Made by a program: the position numbers and the translations under genes. A DNA stretch of 64,000 nt from Erysipelotrichaceae bacterium (lineage in GTDB: Bacteria; Bacillota_I; Bacilli_A; Erysipelotrichales; Erysipelotrichaceae): NCBI GenBank assembly GCA_050309795.1, contig JBNRMW010000016.1:67257-131256 (forward strand). The letters run 5' to 3'. Under the pieces are notes generated by a model, which saw only the letters and a list, made by a program, of their open reading frames with translations, was not told the DNA's origin and did no database searches. Within the stretch, counting starts at the first letter, position 1. The number at the start of each line of letters is the position of its first letter. Of the stretch, positions 58,317-64,000 are shown in pieces.

Positions 58317-59564
58317 TTAGGCTTCCCACTTTCTATTTAAGCGTGTGGTGATGGTTTTAACCAAAATATTTAGACCAAGAACAACCACTAGGATGATAAT
58401 GGAAATCGCTGAGGCCAATTCAAAGTTCGGTTGTTCACCACTCATTATAGACCATATTTGAACGGCTAAGGTCGTTGCCGGTTGTAAAATTTCTGGATTA
58501 TCGGAAATCGCGGTCCCCATCGTGTAAATCAAAGCTGCCGATTCACCAATCACGCGTGAAATAGCGAGTAAAACAGCTGAAATGATGCCCGGCAAAGCTG
58601 TCGGTAACACCACCTTAAAAATCGTTTGGGTTTCCGTTGCTCCAAGGGACAAAGAAGCATTTCGTAACCCGACCGGCACAACCACTAAAGATTCTTCGCT
58701 CTGACGAATAACAATCGGCAAAAGCATGACCGACATCGTTAATGCTCCAAGCAAAATGCTTAGTGAATTGGCTCCAAATAGAGCCGTTACTGGAAAGAGA
58801 ATGGCTACACCCATTAAACCAAAGACAATGCTCGGAACCCCAGATAACATCTCGATTGATTGACGCATGAAGGAAGTCAGTTTATTAGGTTTCGCATATT
58901 CATGTAAATAAATGGCTGCCGCAATCCCTAGAGGTAGGGAAATTAATAAAGACAACCCAATTAACATCACGGTGGCGATTAAGGAGCCCCAAATACCCCC
59001 ACCTCGCGATTGATAAAAGATATTATTAATAGCGGTCGATTCATCCAAGGTAGTGATGAACGTTTCTGCATCCATTCCAGCTTGGGAACCAATATTTTTA
59101 TTTTTCCCATCCAAAACGACTTGCATTCGTGTAATATTATGACCGATGAGATCCCCCACTGGTTGATCAACATACGGACCTTTCGTGGTAATAATAGCTT
59201 GGTTAAGAACAGAATTTGGCGCGATGTAAGTAATTTCAATCAATCTGTTTTTTTGTTGGTTGATTCGGTCTGCTACCGCAATCCCATATTTTGTTGAAAA
59301 TACAGAACCTTCCTGTAAGTCACTCGGTTGTTCAAACGATTGATTTTCGGATGTTGGAACACGAGCTAGGAAGTTTTGAGACCAATAGTTATCACGAATC
59401 ATATCGAAAGACAAAACACGTAGTCCGCGGGTGATAACAAAAATAAAGATAGCTACCAAAACCAACGTCGCCAAACCCGAAGCAAGATATGTTAAGAGAT
59501 TGGCTAAACCATCTTTTATTTTTCGCTTTTGTTTGTTGCGACGAACATCGATAATTTGATTCAT
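58317..59564 (-). CDS. pstA: Phosphate ABC transporter permease PstA (415 aa; enlarged first external loop)
   Basis: PstA-type EAA loop (ASLSLGATETQTIFKVVLP) and a ~130-aa insertion after TM1. Confidence 0.9.
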   Translation of the reverse strand: MNQIIDVRRNKQKRKIKDGLANLLTYLASGLATLVLVAIFIFVITRGLRVLSFDMIRDNYWSQNFLARVPTSENQSFEQPSDLQEGSVFSTKYGIAVADRINQQKNRLIEITYIAPNSVLNQAIITTKGPYVDQPVGDLIGHNITRMQVVLDGKNKNIGSQAGMDAETFITTLDESTAINNIFYQSRGGGIWGSLIATVMLIGLSLLISLPLGIAAAIYLHEYAKPNKLTSFMRQSIEMLSGVPSIVFGLMGVAILFPVTALFGANSLSILLGALTMSVMLLPIVIRQSEESLVVVPVGLRNASLSLGATETQTIFKVVLPTALPGIISAVLLAISRVIGESAALIYTMGTAISDNPEILQPATTLAVQIWSIMSGEQPNFELASAISIIILVVVLGLNILVKTITTRLNRKWEA

Positions 59565-60505
59565 TATTCGCCCGCCTTTCCAATACTAGTTTTAACTCGG
59601 TTAATTAAATAGTTGGTAATTAAAATGATAATCATTAAGACAATCCCCACACTAAAGCGAATGTCATAATCTAATCCCGTGGTTTCCTTTAATCCAGCTA
59701 ACATGGTCGAGGTCAGGGTTCGCGTAATGTCAAACAGATTAAACGTCGGGCCATACATTTTATTTCCAGCAACCATTGAAACCGCGGTCGCTTCTCCAAA
59801 AGCACGGCCAAGTCCTAAGATTAAGCCCGCAAATATTCCCGATTTTGCGGCAACCAAGACAACCTTAAAGTTGGTTTGAGTTGGAGATGCCCCTAACGCA
59901 AGGGAGCCATTCTCCAAATCTTTGGGAACAGCTTTAATTGCGGCAATCGAAAGCATGGTAATGGTCGGATAAATCATGATTGCTAAAAGTAAAATAACAG
60001 CCAATAAAGAGTTCCCTCCCCAGCTTCGATAACCCAAAACTTCCGCCAGTCCATCAACTAAGGAAACAATAATCCCTGAGGCAAAAACCCCGTAAACAAC
60101 CGATGGAATAGCCGCTAATAATTCAACAACTGTAGTCATGATTGCCGAGACTTTTTTTGGTGCAATTTTAACAATGAAAAGAGCTGAAAGCACCGACAAT
60201 GGAAATGAGATCAACACTGCTCCTAATGAAGAAACCAGCGTATTGATGATAATAAATAAAACTCCATAAAGATTCTGGTCTTGTCGCCATTGTAAACCAG
60301 TTAAGAACTGCCAAAGATTTTGTTGCCCCCATTGATATCCAGGTAAAAATACTTTGATTCCTCGTTCTAGTATAAAGACAAAAATTAAAATAATAAATAA
60401 CGCTGAAATCAATCCCGCCAAGCGAAAGATGACTCGAAACGCTGCATCAGCAAAGTATTTTCGACGCTTATAGCCTTGGGGTTTTGATATTTGAATTTGT
60501 TTCAT
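59564..60505 (-). CDS. pstC: Phosphate ABC transporter permease PstC
   Basis: EAA loop GSLALGASPTQTNFKVVL and a six-TM pattern. Confidence 0.92.
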   Translation of the reverse strand: MKQIQISKPQGYKRRKYFADAAFRVIFRLAGLISALFIILIFVFILERGIKVFLPGYQWGQQNLWQFLTGLQWRQDQNLYGVLFIIINTLVSSLGAVLISFPLSVLSALFIVKIAPKKVSAIMTTVVELLAAIPSVVYGVFASGIIVSLVDGLAEVLGYRSWGGNSLLAVILLLAIMIYPTITMLSIAAIKAVPKDLENGSLALGASPTQTNFKVVLVAAKSGIFAGLILGLGRAFGEATAVSMVAGNKMYGPTFNLFDITRTLTSTMLAGLKETTGLDYDIRFSVGIVLMIIILITNYLINRVKTSIGKAGE

Positions 60506-60524
60506 ACGACCTCCCTAATTCGCG

Positions 60525-60555
60525 AAAAACTAAGCCACCCAATGGCGTGGCTTAG
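60525..60555 (-). terminator. Intercistronic terminator/attenuator between pstS and pstC
   Basis: The minus strand has ctaagccac-gccattgg-gtggcttag (9 bp) followed by TTTTT. Confidence 0.7.
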
Positions 60556-60582
60556 TCTGTTGTTCTTTTTTGTTTCGTTAAC

Positions 60583-61557
60583 CTAATTTAGGTCGTTCCA
60601 GTTCGTGATTTCTCCACCAAAGATCTTCGCGATTTGGTCAGCAGTTAAGCTTTCTGGAGCATTCGTATTGTCTTTAGAAACAACAACGACAACCGCATCT
60701 AAAGCGTAATAACCATTAGCTAAACCAGCACTTACTTCTTCTGATCCGTCCGTCTTAAACGTTCTTGAAGCAAATCCGATATCAGCAGCGTTTGCTGAAT
60801 CTTTTTCTTCACCTAAGACACGTTTGAATCCATCACCTGATCCTGTGTGGTTCATTACAAATTGAACACCAGTTTCAGCTTGGAAAGCTTCTAAAGCTCC
60901 TTGAATTGTTTTATCAACAGAAGTAGAGCCTGCGGTGCGAATAGTTACATTGGAAACATCCGAATCCAATACTGGATGGTTAGCTGAAAGTTCAGACCAA
61001 TCCTTAGCACTGCTTAAATCGACAATTCCACCAGCAGCTTCAACCGCCTCTAAACCTTCCGTAGAATTGTTTAAGAAGTCGATAAATGCTGCAACGACAT
61101 CGCGTTCGGTATCTCCAGCGAAATCATCTTCCGCTCTTGTTACATAAGAGAATGGACGGGATAAGGTATACGATTGATCCAAGACGTTTTCGAAATTAGG
61201 TTCAACGCCTTCGAAATGAACCGGTGTTAAGTTGTTTGCTTCGAAATCAGTAGTTAAGGATACATAACCAATACCGTGTTCATCTACCCCAACTTTTTGT
61301 GCCATATCGCCATTTCCTGAAGTCTCAACAGCATCTACGGTTAATTCTTCTAGACCAACACCGCCTTCAAAGGCTTCACGGGTTCCAGAAGAAGAGTCAC
61401 GTGTGTAAACGTTGATAGCCACATCACCAGATGGTTCGTTATCGGTTTCTGTTGGCGTTCCGGTTTCGCTTGGTGTTCCAGTTTCACTTGGTGTGGTTGT
61501 TCCACAAGAAACTAAAACGAGTAAAGCAATGAGTAAATATAATAGTTTTTTAAACAT
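60583..61557 (-). CDS. pstS: Phosphate-binding lipoprotein PstS
   Basis: Signal peptide plus lipobox LVSCG, PstS motifs (RDSSSGTREAF, GSGDG). ATG at 61557 lies 4 nt after ggagga. Confidence 0.9.
   Translation of the reverse strand: MFKKLLYLLIALLVLVSCGTTTPSETGTPSETGTPTETDNEPSGDVAINVYTRDSSSGTREAFEGGVGLEELTVDAVETSGNGDMAQKVGVDEHGIGYVSLTTDFEANNLTPVHFEGVEPNFENVLDQSYTLSRPFSYVTRAEDDFAGDTERDVVAAFIDFLNNSTEGLEAVEAAGGIVDLSSAKDWSELSANHPVLDSDVSNVTIRTAGSTSVDKTIQGALEAFQAETGVQFVMNHTGSGDGFKRVLGEEKDSANAADIGFASRTFKTDGSEEVSAGLANGYYALDAVVVVVSKDNTNAPESLTADQIAKIFGGEITNWNDLN
61442..61495 (-). repeat. Three imperfect 18-nt tandem repeats encoding the TPSETG linker of PstS
   Basis: On the + strand the units are tcggtttctgttggcgtt, ccggtttcgcttggtgtt and ccagtttcacttggtgtg. 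The protein reads TPSETG TPSETG TPTETD just after the lipobox. Confidence 0.8.
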
Positions 61558-61590
61558 CTTTTCCTCCATGCAGTAGTTGACTGCATAGAC

Positions 61591-61633
61591 ATTATAGAAA
61601 ACGATTATTAATTGGATTGTTTTTTTATGTTAA
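61591..61633 (-). promoter_or_regulatory. PhoP-dependent pstS promoter: four Pho-box hexamers at 11-bp phasing plus TATAAT
   Basis: The minus strand reads TTAACA taaaa AAACAA tccaa TTAATA atcgt TTTCTA-TAAT. The first box overlaps the phoR stop codon and there is no canonical -35. Confidence 0.7.
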
Positions 61634-62823
61634 TTTTCAGTTAATTTTACCAAAGGCAATTCAACAGTAAAGACAGTCCCAGCGTTTAACTCACTACTTA
61701 CTCGAACATTACCTCCGAGGGCTTCCGTCAACTGCTTAACAATACTTAAACCCAATCCCGTGCCGCCAACATCGCGAGATCGTGCCCGATCGGAACGGTA
61801 AAACCGATCAAAGACATGAACTAAATCGTTTGATGAAATACCTTCACCTGAATCTGCCACACGAATTTTAACGGTTTCTTCCGTTTTCTCGGTAATGAAT
61901 CGAATATAGCCTTCGCTTGTATAGTTTAAGGCATTAATAAAGAGATTTTCCAAAATTTGGGTGATTTTCAAACTATCTGTATAGAGCATAATATCTTTCG
62001 TTGGCAAAAGCACTTGTAGGTTTTTTTCTAAAATCGTTTGTTGATGATTAAATACAATTTCATTAATCACTTGATTGAGTGAAAATGATTCCACTCGTAT
62101 CGGAAGCCGTTTATGTGAAAGTCGCGACATCGTTAAGAGATCTTGAACTAATAACATCAAGCGATTCGTTTGTTTTTCTAAATTATCAATAAAATCTAAT
62201 CGATCGCTTTCCTTCATCTCTGGATGCTCACGCATCAATTCCAAGGTTAATTTCATCGAAGTAAGTGGCGTCTTGAGTTCATGGGAAGCGTCCGCCACAA
62301 AACGCTTCTGCATGTTTTGCCCTTCCATATATTCAGTTATATCGGATAAAGTCGTCACAAAATACGTATTATTTTCTAAGGTAATACGGGTCGACACGGC
62401 CCGGTAGGTCCTAAAATCAATCAGTAAAAAGCGCGGAATACGGGAAAAATGACTCACGATATGAGAAAAATAATTAATAAGTTCTTCATCCAAACGACTT
62501 TTTTTATGAAATAAGCGTTTAAAAATCATATTCTCAAAAACAACTTCAGCATCTTCGTCAATAATAACAACCGGAACATCAATGGCTTGGATCATAGATT
62601 CCGCGGAAGATTGATTTAAGGCGACATCTTCTTGGCGTCGTTCTGTATTTTCTTCACTATATACATACCAAGCACTTCCGAAGCCTAGTCCAAGTAAAAG
62701 CATAAAGATAAGATCGTTATCTATGAACAAATGTTCAATCGCCATGACCACCAAAAAACCAAGATAGAGCAGTAGAACTCTATTTTTTCTTGAGAACATA
62801 GCCGACCCCACGGACGGATTCAA
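61630..62823 (-). CDS. phoR: Phosphate-sensing histidine kinase PhoR
   Basis: Two N-terminal TM helices, H-box SHELKTPLTS, and N, G1 and G2 boxes (GTGLGLSIV). The start is ambiguous: TTG 62823, GTG 62811 or ATG 62799. Confidence 0.88.
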   Translation of the reverse strand: MNPSVGSAMFSRKNRVLLLYLGFLVVMAIEHLFIDNDLIFMLLLGLGFGSAWYVYSEENTERRQEDVALNQSSAESMIQAIDVPVVIIDEDAEVVFENMIFKRLFHKKSRLDEELINYFSHIVSHFSRIPRFLLIDFRTYRAVSTRITLENNTYFVTTLSDITEYMEGQNMQKRFVADASHELKTPLTSMKLTLELMREHPEMKESDRLDFIDNLEKQTNRLMLLVQDLLTMSRLSHKRLPIRVESFSLNQVINEIVFNHQQTILEKNLQVLLPTKDIMLYTDSLKITQILENLFINALNYTSEGYIRFITEKTEETVKIRVADSGEGISSNDLVHVFDRFYRSDRARSRDVGGTGLGLSIVKQLTEALGGNVRVSSELNAGTVFTVELPLVKLTEN

Positions 62824-63448
62824 TGACCACTTGGGCTCCTTCTAACTTCGACCGTAATTTAAAAATATGGACGTCAACAATACGCGTATCGCCATCATAA
62901 TCAAAATTCCAAATCTCATTTAAGATTTGTTCCCGAGACATGACTCGGTCTTCATGAGTCATTAAATATCTCAACAATTCAAACTCTGTTTTTGTTAATA
63001 AGACCTTGTCCTGATCTACTAGTACTTCGTAACGGTCAACATCCATTACTAAATTGGCGACCACATAGCGATCGGTATCCTTGGGTTTAAAGCGTTTGAG
63101 ATGCGCCTTAATACGGGCTTGTAATTGGCGAGGTGAGAACGGTTTTGTCATATAATCGTCACAACCTGCTTCAAAACCTTCAAGAATATCGGTTTCATCG
63201 TCTTTAGCGGTTAATAAAATGATGATGGTCTCAATTTGAGCTTTTCGGACTTCTTTAATAATTTCAATTCCACTTAATTTAGGTAGCATCCAATCGATGA
63301 TCATAACATCAAAAGGTTTATTTAAAGCGAGCTCGAGTCCAGACTCGCCATCGCTGGCACAATCAACTTCGTATCCAGCAATTTTTAAATCATAACGGAG
63401 AAGCTTTTGGATCGATTGTTCATCTTCAACGATTAATATTTTTGACAT
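62780..63448 (-). CDS. phoP: OmpR-family response regulator PhoP
   Basis: Receiver domain (DD...D...K) and a winged-helix C-terminus (RGVGY). Confidence 0.9.
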   Translation of the reverse strand: MSKILIVEDEQSIQKLLRYDLKIAGYEVDCASDGESGLELALNKPFDVMIIDWMLPKLSGIEIIKEVRKAQIETIIILLTAKDDETDILEGFEAGCDDYMTKPFSPRQLQARIKAHLKRFKPKDTDRYVVANLVMDVDRYEVLVDQDKVLLTKTEFELLRYLMTHEDRVMSREQILNEIWNFDYDGDTRIVDVHIFKLRSKLEGAQVVIESVRGVGYVLKKK

Positions 63449-63451
63449 CTT

Positions 63452-64000
63452 TTATTCCTTCTTTTCGTATTTAGCTAGAATCTTTGATACCAATGGGTGG
63501 CGGACAATATCGGATAATTGCAAATTAATAAAACCGATATCGTTGATCTTTTGTAAGCGTTTCTGGGCATCGAGTAATCCCGAAATTTGATTAGGTTTCA
63601 GATCAATTTGGGTGATATCCCCAGTGACAATCATCTTTGAATGAAAACCAAGGCGGGTAAGAAACATTTTCATTTGAGCCATGGTCGTGTTTTGAGCTTC
63701 ATCCAAAATAACAATCGCATCATCGAGCGTTCGTCCTCGCATATAAGCCAACGGCGCAATTTCAATCTGTTTCTTTTCAATCATTTTATCGACGGCTTCG
63801 GTCCCTAAGAGGATATAGAGCGCATCGTATAGAGGTTGTAGATAAGGATCGACTTTCTCCCGTAAATCCCCGGGTAAGAATCCTAAGGACTCTCCAGCCT
63901 CAACCGCTGGACGTGTTAAAACAATTCGTTTAATTTCATTTTTACGAAACAAATAAACCCCATAAGCTACCGCTAGAAAGGTTTTCCCTGTTCCCGCTGG
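63452..64000 (-). CDS. phoH: PhoH-like ATPase (YbeZ family); 5' end lies beyond the window
   Basis: The frame is open to base 64000 and includes the Walker [12 protein letters not shown], then [19 protein letters not shown] and DEAQN. Confidence 0.92.
   Translation of the reverse strand, partial: PAGTGKTFLAVAYGVYLFRKNEIKRIVLTRPAVEAGESLGFLPGDLREKVDPYLQPLYDALYILLGTEAVDKMIEKKQIEIAPLAYMRGRTLDDAIVILDEAQNTTMAQMKMFLTRLGFHSKMIVTGDITQIDLKPNQISGLLDAQKRLQKINDIGFINLQLSDIVRHPLVSKILAKYEKKE

Overview
This 64 kb window is densely packed core genome from a low-GC, PolC-containing, walled Bacillota-type organism. It uses the standard genetic code and shows frequent 1-8 nt gene overlaps and many TGnTATAAT promoters. 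I see no rRNA, tRNA, CRISPR array, IS element, prophage or defence island, and no evidence for a novel multi-gene system.

Gene order looks like a strongly contracted version of two Bacillus subtilis regions.
- Left half, mostly + strand: ruvB, murG-murB-divIB, asp23-yloV-recG-rnc-polC, rimP-nusA-ylxR-ylxQ-infB-rbfA, truB-ribF, yqhY-nusB-xseAB-ispA-dxs-recN, dinB-xerD-deoB.
- Right half, mostly - strand: hup, der-cmk, ribU, efp, comGA-GG, rpmG, a class B PBP, ispG/ispH, trmK-sigA-dnaG-glyQS-recO-era-cdd-dgkA-ybeY, phoU-pstBACS-phoRP-phoH.

The strongest non-genic signal is at 33.6 kb. Gene orientation flips from 27/31 on the + strand to 34/36 on the - strand. A 28-bp sequence with a 15-nt perfect match to the dif core sits exactly at that point, 1.2 kb from a xerD-like gene. 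I read this as the replication terminus.

Other supported items:
- an FMN riboswitch in front of ribU
- a probable lysine (L-box) riboswitch in front of an amino-acid ABC operon
- a four-box PhoP array at the pstS promoter
- recN apparently starting at an AUU codon
- an EF-P with Arg instead of Lys at the modified loop tip
- a hairpin attenuator in the rimP-nusA leader
- an unannotated rpmG
- several lineage-specific protein extensions (NusA tail, SigA insertion, PstA loop, and an orphan tail-anchored acidic protein)

All family assignments come from reading motifs by eye. No database search or computation was run.
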